The notes beneath the pieces are model-generated. The model was not told the origin of the DNA. It worked only from the letters and a program-made list of their open reading frames with translations, and ran no database searches. A stretch of DNA of 64,000 nucleotides from NCBI GenBank assembly GCA_003971905.1, contig RSEE01000062.1, positions 124,001 through 188,000 on the forward strand. The letters are read 5' to 3'. The DNA comes from Moniliella sp. 'wahieum'. Its lineage: Eukaryota. The position numbers were made by a program, and so were the translations under genes. The first letter of the stretch is position 1; each line of letters starts with the position of its first letter. Of this stretch, positions 23,225 to 35,347 are shown one piece after another.

Positions 23225-26200
23225 CGGATTGGCACGCTACTGGGATGAGGGTGGATGCGACAAGGGTGGTGAGGGTGGTGGCAGGACTACGAGAGGAACC
23301 GGAGACAAGGGATGGTGTAATGGTCCATGGCCTATGATCCATGATGTATGTGGATGCGTGATGGCTGTAAACTGAGACAAAGGCAACTGGGCACTGCTTC
23401 CCCATCGGCCATGGTGTATCATATTTCATCGATCATCCGGCCCGCGCACCCGCGCGGGGAAAGCATGGCAGGAGGCCAGTGTAGGTACTGCGGAGGGGGG
23501 GATGGTCCTGGGTGGTCCTACGGTGGCAGTGCACTGCAATGCCACTCTGCTGGCCATGTACCCTAATAGGAACTTGGTTCTTAGGCTTTAGGCCGTAGGC
23601 CTTCGCCATGAGTATTACTCAACTGAGTACTGACTGAGTACTCACTGAGTACCGATATTGAGCTCAGCAGCTCAGCGTCAGCCCTCTCAGCGTGAGCGCT
23701 CAGCCTCAGCCAAGTATGGGAAGGTGCTTCCGCTCTTACATAGAGTGTAGGGGGGAGGGCTGCGAGAGGCGTCGCATCATCTGCATCATTCGTGGCTTGC
23801 CTGGGCTCTGGGGTGGTGGTGGTGGGGGGCAACCATACGGTTTGGGCCTGCCGAGAAACAGAAGCGGGCCAAGACGCTAAACATCTCATCGTCATCTGCG
23901 CTCGCACTACAGCACCAGACAACAACGCCTCGAGCTAGCTTCGATAAGATGGAGGTCGAGGCACTGACCCGAATCCTCATGGTCTCCTCAGACCACAGCC
24001 TCATGGTCGGAGTTGGCTGGGGTGGTTATCGACCGATTGCGGATGATGCGAATGGTGTCGATAATGCCGATGACGAACGAGGCCGTGTACGCGACGCATG
24101 GCATGTGGCACGCCTCAATCGCAGCCCTGAACCCTGAACATTTAATCCACACGCAGTGGCTTGCGACGCCTTTTGTTCCGAAGACTGGGCAGGCAGCTGC
24201 TCCTGGGCAGACCCCTTGTCCCAGCCCAGCCACAGCGCTCGCCGCCCACCCAGTTCGGGGTCGGGTCGGGCGCAGGAAAGCGCCATTGTTCGACGACGGC
24301 CTCGGCTGCCTTGCCGCGATGCCCTCGCGCGTAAATCGATAATCGATAGTCGAGCTAATCGTCAAGTACGTTAAACGTTAAACGTGTACGTTAAATGTTA
24401 ATCACGTCACATGCGTCGCGCCCGCGGTCTCAGATCTCCCAAATCATGTGACGCATGTGATACGCCACATATCACGCACTCTATCCCCACGTCCTGCTCG
24501 CATGCGGCAGAACGACAGCTTGTCGCGTAACGCATGTCACAGCCATAGCGAGTACCCGAGGCCATCCCAGGCCATCTTGCGTGGGGCAGCACACCCCTCT
24601 GGCGCTGACAGCTGGGGTCCCCAGTACGACGCCTGCTTACGATGTTGCTGGATGCAGGCTTCCCAGGTAGCAATAGTTACTTCTATTACTACAGCTTCTT
24701 GCTTCACTATATAGAGGTTGCTAGTTACTTGTTACTAGTAACTACTTCCATCCCCCTGTTGGCAAGGGAGACCAGTCCACCTCGGCCATTCTCGAGGCGA
24801 GACAACGAGGTGCACGACACCTCGTCTGGGGAAGCTCGAATTGAAAAGAGAGCGCACGCAGTGCTGTGCTAGCTGTGCTATGGCTGCGTCTCTGTTGTCT
24901 CTGCTCGAACATCAATCATGCATCGCCCATCATGTATCATGCATCACCATCCATCGATCATCGATTACATGCATCACGTTTCACGTTCCAAACGCCAACC
25001 CTTCTTTTGACGTATAGGCTCCGATTCGATCGGCGTCTTGACCACATGGAGACTTTTGGCATATGCTTGAAGCTTGAAGCCTGACACTTGAAAGGGTTAG
25101 TTGACATTATCTTGGGAGAGATAATAGCCACCGCCAGGCTCAGGTACCACCGTCTCCCACCATGCACCATCGGAGGACGGACAAGACCAAAGGAACGCCC
25201 CTCAAGACTGTAAGTAGACCCCATATAATATCTCAAGTAAATCATCTATTTTGTCGCAAGCCTCTTCTGTGTATAGGTTTGGACTATCATATCGATGGTC
25301 GATGATCGATCTTATCCTGCTGGCACTTTAACCTTAAAGCTCAAAGCTTAATCCTCATCGTAATGCTCACTATGTCAGTTGCCCCGTCCCAATTCTCCTG
25401 ATCACCGCAGCGGGTCGCAGGCCACACAACCACGCGGAGAGGCGAACGGCTCCTCGGCTCTTCGGCTCCTCTCGAAGCCTCGGCTTCAGAACTTAAAGCT
25501 GACAGCTGCCACACCAGAAAACCATGTGCACACCTAAATCGGGCAGAGTGCGAACGCCACAATTGCGCTCACTGGACGCACAAGCCACCCATCAGCTCTC
25601 CCGGCCACAATGCATAACTTCACATAAGTATAGCGTTGGCCCCTTGAGGTAATACCTGTACTTGTTACAGCCTACAGATATGCCCTCTGTGCCAAACACA
25701 CACAGACTTTGCCATGTGCCTTCTGCGCGGTTGAATGAACTGTAACATGTAACCTTTTGGGGAAAAGAGTCGTTAAACAGCACACCGAAGGATTATCGGG
25801 ATCTTCGGTCCATGCTGGGGTGCCTGATCCGAACCGTTACTCGAGTGCTCTCTGTGACCCGAACAGGAAGCATATCATGTGCATAGCATGTAACATCATC
25901 ATGTGCTAACACATGGTCCACTGCCTCGGCTGCCCGGCTGAGAGGGGTCCAGAACCCTACTGCACCCCAAAAAGATTCTTGGCGCTACTTGTCGCCCATG
26001 GGTGCACCCATGGCCGCATGACGCAAAAAGGACGTGATGGTCGTACAGGGAAAAAGGTGCCCCCGAACTACTCGCACAAGACCGTCCTGAAAGAGGACAC
26101 TCCGGTTACATGTTACCTGCGCTACAAGGAGGCGAGCCCCAATTTAGAGTATATGTCTGTGTGTGGACGTCTCAGTGCCCGGCGTGTGGCTGCATGGACT

Positions 26201-26619
26201 CTTCCACAATCTTCGCTATTTGTAACCATGTGGCACCGTGGTCTGTTGTTATATACCCATGTAATATGACCCCCTCTTTTGTGAATTTGTTCGAGGGCCA
26301 AACATTCATTCTCCCCACGTGACACTGCCACTTCCCTTGGCATGTTAATGATATGCCATTCGTCAAGAGATCCATCATGCACATCTCGCATGATGCATGC
26401 CGCTCGTACCAACATGCCCATATCACAGCTGCCGTCTCTCATTTGTTCTGGCTCACATTTGGCACGCTGCTAGCGGTGAGCACGCACTGTTCTGGAGAGG
26501 CGTCAGATCCATCACCTGCCCCACGGTGGCAGGCAGCGCGCGCAGAGGCGTGCTCGCACCAAATGGGGTACGGTATGGACGATGCTCGCCACTCGACGGC
26601 CGCGCGTGGTTCTAGTTCT

Positions 26620-27145
26620 CTCAGTCTGAGGGAAGCACCAGGTGGCCGTCCTGTTCGGCGAGAAAATGACTAACTATTAGGCGGGAGCACGGGGTCTGGT
26701 CTCTTTCTGAGGGAGGAACCAGATGGCAATCCAACTCGGCTCGGTCTTGACGTGGCCAGTGCGCCAGATGGAGTGCGGGTGGGGCACAGAATGACTAACG
26801 AGGCATGAGCACAAAGAACCAGACCTTTCTCTGAGGGAGGAACGAGGGGACAGGCTGGCTCGGCAATACAATGACAAACCACGCGGGAACACAAGCGTAC
26901 AGGTGTCCCTCAGAGGGAGGCGCCAGAGGGCAGGCTGCAAGCCAGTATCAGAGGGCAGACCAGCTCGGCAGTACATTGAGTAACTAAGCCTGAGCGCAAG
27001 TGGCTCTCTCAGTGCGAACCACCAGAGAGCAGACCAGCTCAGGAGTACAGTGACTAACCCCTCGTGAACACAAGTGTCCGGGTCCCTCGCTGAGGGAGGC
27101 ACCAAAGGGCCGGCCGTCTCAGTCGGCTCCAGAATGACTACCTAG
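26620..27145. repeat. Degenerate tandem array, about 6 units of ~80 bp
   Basis: CTGAGGGAGG-like blocks at 26626, 26707, 26831, 26911, (27010), 27090 alternate with ATGACTAAC-like blocks at 26666, 26791, 26871, 26976, 27050, 27134; spacing mostly 40-41 bp. Confidence 0.8.
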
Positions 27146-28105
27146 ACGTGAGCCCTCAGGCCCACAGTTAGCTTTCTGAAGGAATTCCCAGGTGGCAGTC
27201 CGGATGTTTAATGGATCTTCATTGTTCCCTCACCCACCCTCCTACTACCCGCCTACTCTTGTGTCGTTGATGGCCACACTCGAGGCTGAACAGCTACAAC
27301 AACCATCACCGACATGCAAGCATGCGGTTCTCTCGGGCACCCCGTCCAGTCTGGCTTGGGCCTGGGCAAGCTGGCTGTGAGGAGAAAGAGACGGGAGAGA
27401 AAGGGTTAATTTTTGCTCACTGCAACTAAAATGCAGCTGCAGCACGATACACTTTCAAGTGAAGTCGACGGGGCACATTTGGGGGCGGAGGTGGTGTTGA
27501 GCCAGGGGAGAAGATTGGATTAAGGAAACGATCCTTGGTCTCCCTCTGACGCTGGTGGCCGTTGGAGCACTCTCCCTCTCCTCCCCTCCACAGAAGCCCC
27601 AAGGGGGACACAGCGATTTCGGCGGACGATGGTAGACGTTGGATGATACAATGAACGTGCTACACTTGATCAAGGATTTGCTGCGCCGCGCAGGCATAGG
27701 ATAGGAGGTAGGAGTCAGGCCTCAGGAGTCACAAGTCACACAGGAGACAGAAGTCAAGAGAGGCAAGAGGCAGGAGGCAGGCGGCAGGAGGAAAAGCCTA
27801 TGGGTCCCGGTCCATAAGCGCCCCAGTGGAGCGTGCCGGTCTTTGCTCCCTTGATCGATGATCTCTCGAGGATTTCAATCGCTTGAGCAACGTGTGGCGA
27901 AGGGTCGGGTGGGCCGGGGCAAAGGGGGGGGGATTCAAGCGAGACATTCCGATCTATGCAACGCAGCGATCTCCTGCTGAACCATCACGACCGCAATGTA
28001 AGTTGGTAAAAATGATCTAGTACTCTATATGATACAGGGCGTTCCAAACGTTGAAAACGGGGGCCTGCAAGGCCATCTGCAACGCCATCCGCGAGACTGC
28101 ACGTC

Positions 28106-29780
28106 TTAGCTTGACGAACGGGATGGGCCCAAGATAGTCAGACAGCTGATGCATCCATCCCGCCGGTTGATTTCCGCCACACAGCCGTCAAGGAAAGTGA
28201 GGGCCCGGGCTGACTTGCCCGAGTGCTTCTCCCTCCTCTCTTTTTCCTCCTGCCCCTCTGGCCATGCTTCTGGATCGTCGGCGTTCTCGGGCTCCTGTGG
28301 CATCTCTGGTTCAGTGTCGTCTGGCTCCATTGGCTGGACGAGGGGAAGACGGAGTGCGCGCAAAACACTCCCCACATCCAGCTTCAGCCGGCCTTTAAAT
28401 TCGTACCAGTCCGATGCCCGGTCAAGGATCATGGTTTCCCCCTCGGAGCGAGCCATGTCCTCTTCCGGCTCTTGGTCCAGCAGGGCCCGTGCTCCTGCCT
28501 CTGCCTCTGCCACAAGCGTGGCATACGGCGTCAGCACATCATTCCCCGTAGCGATCGCTGTATCTTGATGGGGCCGGGCGAGGCGCCAGGGAAGACGCTT
28601 GTATCGCCCAAACAGGGCGTGGCCTGGTGTATTAGAGTGGCACACAATCTTACTCAGGCCCACGCCACTGGCGGTGGGGGTGAAGAGCAAGTCGAGACCA
28701 AGGGAAAAATAGTTGAAAAAGAACGCTTGTCCTAGCCCATTCGTGTTAGCACTTTCTCGTCCTTGTCTTTTTCCTCCACCGAAACACAACGTACCTTCCT
28801 GCGGCGTGTCATTGACTTCGGTCCCACTTAGAGGCGTCGTATCTGTGACACTCAGGCTGGTGAATGGATAAGCGTTCATCTTCCTTCCAAGCGCGTGCCT
28901 CGGGGGTGCCCAAATCAGCAAGCACATCCTGTACCTCCGTCTCTCCAATCCGAAGTTCCACCACTTCCGTCTCCAACTCGGCTCCTTCGCTCGATCTGCG
29001 ATGATGACGGGTATGTGTGGCGAGTACGAGCCGGACGCCTTGGCCGGGGAACACCACCGCTTCCTCCACCCACACCTCTTCCGCCCGAGCGTCCGAGGGC
29101 ACCGGCGCGCGGATCAAAGGCAAGCTCCATTGCTTACCTTGCTTTGGGAACGGGTGGCGCGCGCCCCTATCAAACACATACACCGTCGATGCCGGCGTCG
29201 TCGGGGCATCATCGAGTGGGAACCCAAATGCCAAGCCCGGGTAGGAGAGGATGAAGCGTTCGACTGCTTGCTCGGATGCTCTCGGCCCGGATAGGTCGGT
29301 CCGAGAGTTTGGTGGACCATGGACCGCGTCAGAGCTGGCACGCCCGTGTGCGGCGGCGAGGTGGCAAACAACGCCTGGCCTTGGTACTGCACCACCATGT
29401 GCCGGTACCACGTCTGGCTCACATTCGGGTCGGCATACCAAGGATCAAACTCGGGGTCGGCCTGGTCCTGGTTCTGCGGCCGGGGGCTGGTAGAGGTCAA
29501 GATGGACTGGACGACGATCGATTGGAGACGCTGACGATGCGCATCGAAGGTAAGGTGGATGTGACGGCCAAGGGAGACGAGGATGGATGGGGCGTGCGGG
29601 GGGAGGCAACGATGCGGACGGAAGGGTAGGCGTGCTGCTCCCGGCGCAGGTAGTTGAGAGTCGTCCACAGCGACTGACCCAGCACAAAGGGGCCCAGACT
29701 GACACCGGGCACCAACTCGAGCGCAACGATTTGCGGGCGCGTGCGCGGGCCGAGGGCCGAGGGGGAGGGGGGAGATGCAT
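28106..29780 (-). CDS. UPF0183 / PHAF1 (C16orf70)-family protein; frameshifted
   Basis: LELVPGVSLGPFVLGQSLWTTL; HLTFDAHRQRLQSI; FILSYPGLAFGFP; QDVLADLGTP...KEDERLSIH; FFFNYFSLGLDLLF; KIVCHSNTPGHALFGRYKR. Confidence 0.85.
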
Positions 29781-30178
29781 AGGCGAGGATGGAGGAGGAG
29801 GAGGTGGTGGGTGATGGTGATGGCGGTGCGTGGTGGCGCGTGCGGTTATCAGTACGCCCACCCACCCCAACGGGCTGGCGCACCCAGGACTATTAAGCGA
29901 CGGCGCAGGCGACGCTCAGCGGCTGTTATCTAATCACACACTCCCCACGTACCCAACCACGGCCGTCACGGGTGATCTGAAATTGAAATTCATCGACGTG
30001 CGGTAGGGCAAACGTTCAATGTTCACCGGTCACCGTTCACGTTTCTCAGATGGATGGGGGGGATGAGATCGACTCGATGACTAGATCTAGATCGATGGCT
30101 GGATACCAGTGATGGATTGCCGTTCTATATACAGAGCACCAAGTGAGCAGGCCCTTGCAACCCTTCGCGTGCTCGCAT

Positions 30179-31362
30179 CTACTCCGACAGGGGAAGCACC
30201 GCGGGCAGCGGGCCCATCGGCACAATGCGCAGCGGTTGATGGCCGTGTGGGACGAGTAGTAGTGCGCCTTGATCGAGTCCATGTGCGTCGTGTCTTTGAA
30301 CGCAGCATGGTTCCAGTATAGGTTGCGCAACCACTTGTGGATCGCCGGGTAGCCCGAACGGATGGTGCGCAGGTTGCACTTAAAGTGGCCCACGTAGACA
30401 GGGTCAAAACGAACGATGGTCGTGTACAGCCGGATGTCCGCTTCGGTCAGGCGGTCACCAAACACATACGTCCGGCCATCGCCGAGCAACTTCTCCGCCC
30501 GGTCCAGCGCCTCAAACAGCGGCACCACCGCCTCGTTGTATGCCTCTTGTGTTGTGGCAAAGCCCGAGCGGTAGACACCATTGTTGATGTTGGGATACAC
30601 CCACGAATGGAACTCCTCAATCTCGGGCTGCAGGTCCTTGGGGAGGTCACGGCTTGTTGCTCCTTGGGCAAAAACTCATCAAACGCAGTGTTGAAAATCC
30701 GGATGATCTCGGACGACTCGTTGTTGACAATCGTCTGCAACTTGTTGTCCCTAGCACAGGCACCGTGCACCGCAAACTGTAACCGGGCTCAGCCGCATTG
30801 TAGAAATCCCGGATGCGCCACTTGTCCTCATGGCCGGGATCAGGCCCGTACCCTGAACATCAAAGGCCTCTAGGCCCTTGATGGACTTGAACGTCCAGCC
30901 CTGGTCGGCTGGGGGAAGAGAGCACCGAGTCAGACCCAAGCTCCTCATCATTATGGGGCGTGCGTGTGGGGAGAAGGGGGAGCGACGTACACAGCATCGA
31001 GTTGACCACAAACACAGGAAGCAGACCTTCGACCTTGTCAATGCCTTGAGCTGGCGAGCGATGAGGGTGCGATGGGCCCAAGGGCAGGCATAGGCCACAA
31101 TCAAAAAGTACCGGTTCAGCTCCGGCTCAAACGGCCCACCCTTTTTGATTTCGTCTCGGAAAGTCGAGGTTTGGCGACGGAAGCGGCCGTCACCGCTGGC
31201 CCAGCGCGTCGAGCCGTCCTTGTGGGCGTCGTCGGCAGTGGTTTGAGCGGCCATGCTGAAGCAAAAGGTACGGATGGGAAGGGGGCGAAGCAGCCGGGTG
31301 TGGCGGTGGGAGGCAAGCGTAGACCGAAGGAGGTGGGGAGTGCACAAACGCGCCAGAGCCAT
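30179..31362 (-). CDS. ECM4: Glutathionyl-hydroquinone reductase (ECM4/YqjG-type GST); frameshifted
   Basis: GRFRRQTSTFR; RYFLIVAYACPWAHRTLI; TIVNNESSEIIR; YPNINNGVYRSGFATTQEAY; LTEADIRLYTTIVRFDPVYVGHFKCN; IKAHYYSSH. Confidence 0.93.
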
Positions 31363-32471
31363 GTACTTGCCAGCAGGGACCGAAGCGGGGTGGCGGTCGG
31401 GGGGCAAGTGGGTTATATACTCGCCATCCGGCCTCGGTGCCGGCCGGACCGGACATAGCAGGTGCGCCGACGCTTTGGGCAGCGCTGGCCCGAAATGCCG
31501 TTTCTCAGACACGCCTCGCACACTGCCGCTGTGCCTCCCCCTGAGGGCCCCCCCGTTCACAGACGTCTGATTACGCGATCAATTCCGCCTGGCTCTTGCC
31601 GCACTTTAATTGCTTCCTCGCCTCCACGGTCCACGTGCTTCACATCACAGGTTTCAACTTTCAACCTTTAACTCGCCGTCCCAGGCGGTCCCTTGGTTGG
31701 GAGCCACCCCCCTTGTGACGTCATCGGCGCCGTTGCTATGCGATGGCCACAGTAGAAGCATCGGACATGGCACCTAAATACCCAGGATGATGAAGCTGCC
31801 CTTGCTGCTACTTTGATGGAGTACCGCGGGTCCGTCCAGCTGCTAGGCAAGTTCATCGAGAGATGGGAGTTCGATGGACGATGGCATCGATGACATCGAT
31901 GACATATGAGATCTGAGAACTGAGATCTGAGACGAGGAAGGAGAGGGAAGAATCGCCTAGCTCTTCCTGGGCTGAACCCCATCAGCAAGGATATATAGTA
32001 GTACGTCCCGCCCGCGGGACTTTCCTTCACGTCAACACACTGTGACTTGGATGAGGGAGTATCGAGTATCCAGAACCGGCCCCGCACACCAAGGTGGAAT
32101 ATAAACGGTAATAAGAGAGATCGTCACATTGAAAAGCACGATGGTCTTGAACGGACCAAAGCTGGAAACGGGGGACATTCGGCCCAAAAGAGAAAAAAAA
32201 TGGCCGGCGCCGATGGCATGTCGTCAGGACAAAGTACAGCGAACGGGGGGGGATAGGTGGGAAAGGTGGAAAAGGGGGTGTTAGGAGGGGTAGGGGGGGG
32301 GGGGGGCAAGGGGGACATGATGGACGCCCCCATACGGTATCGAACGATTAACAGGGTATTATACACAGAAAACGGGTCAACTGCCATCCAACATAAGAAG
32401 ATGGGCAGGGAGAGGAAGTAAGGTGCCGAAACAAAAAGGCGAGAAACTTAAAGACAGGATGAGGACAGATT

Positions 32472-35347
32472 TTATGAAACCACCACTGGTTCAGTTGCCT
32501 CAGTCGTCGTAACTTCCGCCGGCTGCGCACATGCGCCTCGGTGGTCACTTCAGCGGGGGTAGCCGCAGTAGCGGCGTCGGCGGTAGGAGCGTCGCGGTAG
32601 GAGCGGAAGAGTTGACAGGAGCTGGAGCCTTGGAAGGAGCGGAAGGCTCGGCAGCGGCCTCGACCGAAATGGCAGACTGAGCAGGAGTAGGTTCAGGGGT
32701 AGCCAGAACCTCCAACAAGGTATTGGTGAACGCCTTGTTGACCGCCTTGGAGCCACGAAGGGACTGGACCAGTACCACCTTGGCCGAGGACGAGGCAAGC
32801 GTAAGCGGGGTGCAGACCATGTCGTACCGCGCTTGCACTGCTGTGATAGGCACACTGGCCGGCAAGACAACCGCTCTGTCTTGAGCCAGGAGGGAGGAGG
32901 TGCGCGTGGCTGAGGCGAGGCCTGGTCATCGAGTTAGCTGGTTCTTCGAGTACGATGATTAATGAAGGAAGGGAGAGGAGGGAGGATACGTACCTTGTCT
33001 GAGCCGGTTGTGCGTCCCTGGGCCTGAAGAAGCCCGTGCCACGCTGAGACTGCGTTGGCGAGCGAGGCTACCGAGCCCTCGTCCGCCTTTTCATCCGAGG
33101 CCGTGGCAAACGTTTTGGCAGCCGAGTCCAGTACGGTCTGGTACTCGGTAAGAGTGATGGGACCCGTGGTAGCAGGCTGACCAAGGGCCACCTTGAGCGC
33201 GCTCCATGCGTCCGGCGCAAGGAGAGACAGTGCCTGCAACTCATTCGGTCCCGGCTGACCCAGGTCGACATCCGACACCACCAGCCCTCCCACTACCTGC
33301 GGATTGGACGCGGCATATGCCGCCACCACGGCTGCACCCCCGCCCCGAGGCGCTCAGAAGGCTGAACCCGGGCAAGTCGAGGTGAGTGCGTACGGCCTCC
33401 AGGTCCGCAGGTTCCAGCACGCCCGAAGAAACAGAGACCAAAAGTACTTGGTGCTCGAGGTGCTCGGCATCCAAGACCGCCTGGAGCGGGGCGGGGAGCG
33501 TGTCCAGGTCAGCCGAGCCATCGACGCCACCCACATGCAGCACTGGTTTGTTGGCTGTCTGGGCACTTCCATGCAGCGCATACAAAATCGTTTTGGTTCC
33601 CATCTGCGCACCTCGCCCGTTTCTTTCTCAGCCGTGCGACCCCAGTGGAAGAAAGAGAAGCGAGACGGGTGCTTCTTGTGCTTTCCAGCCACCTTGGGCG
33701 TGGAGGACACAGTACTCGCGGGGCGCGAGACTGGCGTGGGTGGATCGACATCTACAGCCTTTCCTTGCGCCACCGGTTCCGCAGGCGCAGCAACCTCGGT
33801 AGCCGTTGTCACAGGCTCTCCCACCGCTTCAGCCGTCTCAGCAGGGGCCTCAGCCAGGGCCTTGGTGGCGACCGTAGCGGGCTCCTCCGTAACGGGAATG
33901 CCTGTCTCGGCACTGGCCGTCACCATAGCCGTCGGCGATTCTTTAGGTTGATCCGGCATCGAGAGAATGGGGGAGGAAATGGAGGACTTGGGGGTGGCGT
34001 ACAACACATCAGAGGAAGCCAGACTCGACAAGCGAGAACGGCGTTTCTCTCTCCCGGGCCACACAGCTGTCGCCGAGGCCACCGCGCCGGCAGCAGGGGC
34101 GGCAGTGAACTCGCCCCCCACATCATCGTGGGCTGCAATGGCGACACTGGGCAGAGCTGAGGTACTGGTTGCCGCAGAATCCACATCAACGGGCTTGGGG
34201 CCCAGCAAGCTGTGGCGTGGAGCACGTGTGACAGATACCATGCTTTGCCGCTTGGAGCGGCCTGCAGCACCAACCAATCCGTTCGCCGAGTTGGCCACGC
34301 TCTCAGCCTCGGCCTCCTTGCTTACGTCGGCGGCATCCTCGGTCACTGCAGCCGCAGGTACATCCGGTTCCTTCGCCACCGCCAATTGACTTGAGTGGAC
34401 TCCATCTCCGTAGGCTCATCCACTAGAGCGGTGGTCTCAGCCTTTGACGCCTCTTTGGCATCCTCACTAGCCTCCCCCTTGGCCGCCTCAGGGGTCACCT
34501 CGTTAGTCTGGTCAGGTGCCACCTCCTTGACCTCCGCCGAAGGCCCCTCCTTAACTTCCTTCGGGACGTCCTCTTTGACCGGGCGAGGAACCGGCTGGAG
34601 CTTTTGAGCTGGTTCGCTCTTCCCCTCTTCGACCGAGGGGAAAGCGAGCGGGCCTTGGTTTGGGGCGATCGGATTCGAGGGAATAGCTGGCGCCTGCCCG
34701 TGCTCTGAGGCAACCGGGAACGGAGGCGCGGGTTTCTTGGCTACAAGTTTGCGTTCCTTGGTCACGTCCGCGTTCTTTTATCGCTCTCTTCGGACGGCAC
34801 AGCGTTCCCGCCTTATTGGTGGCGGGACGGTGAATCGTAGCGGAGCGCATGGCTGCACCTACAGCCAGGGAGATGCGACGGGTGCGGGAGACTGGCGGTG
34901 GGTGACTAGCTTGGTTCGGTCCCGTTTTGGATGGGTTCGATCCCACCGGCTTGAGCGCAGAACGCCGTCAGTACCATGGCGCAGGGAAGAGTTGCGGTTG
35001 GGCACGCCAGGGGCCGAGATGGGCGAGGGCTCTGTCTTGGTTGCTTCGGTCTCGGCGCTGGCGGACTTTTGCATGGGCGCGTCGGGCGTAGCGAGAGGGG
35101 CGGTGGCAAGGCTTCCGGTGCGCAGTGAGAGGGGTGGGAAACCATCGAGTTGAAACGCTGCAAGCGCGCACGGAAGCGGCCGGTAGGGCCACTACCAGCC
35201 TCGGTTGCCCGCGGCAAGAGAGGGCGTCGAGCCACGGTCGTCCAGCTTGGGCGTAGGGAAGGCCAGCGGCGCCGGCCCATCCTTCTCGCTCGTGACGGCG
35301 GCGGGGCGGGAGAGGGTGCGGCGGCGAATGGTTTCGCCAATGGCCAT
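32472..35347 (-). CDS. Long Ala/Pro/Glu/Ser-rich protein with C-terminal degenerate proline-iminopeptidase-like alpha/beta-hydrolase domain; intron near 32935-32993; frameshifted
   Basis: MAIGETIRRRTLSRP start; low-complexity body; domain ~33610-32700 contains KPVLHVGG, ADLEAVRTHLDL, AAYAASNPQVVGGLVV, LAPDAW, VQARYDMVC. Confidence 0.7.

Noticed and set aside
23581..23603. Telomere-like TTAGGC repeats (also 2999, 41134, 49849)
   Set aside because: The unit is the 7-mer TTAGGCC, two to three copies, internal; better explained as the GGCC member of the heptad family.
25921..25975. TPP riboswitch-like GGCTGAGA...ACCC segment
   Set aside because: Lacks the downstream CTGAT...TAAT...GCG core, and no thiamine gene or intron is nearby.
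26620..27145. CRISPR-like repeat-spacer array
   Set aside because: Repeats are short, degenerate and of two alternating kinds, the spacers are mutually similar, there are no cas genes, and the context is eukaryotic.
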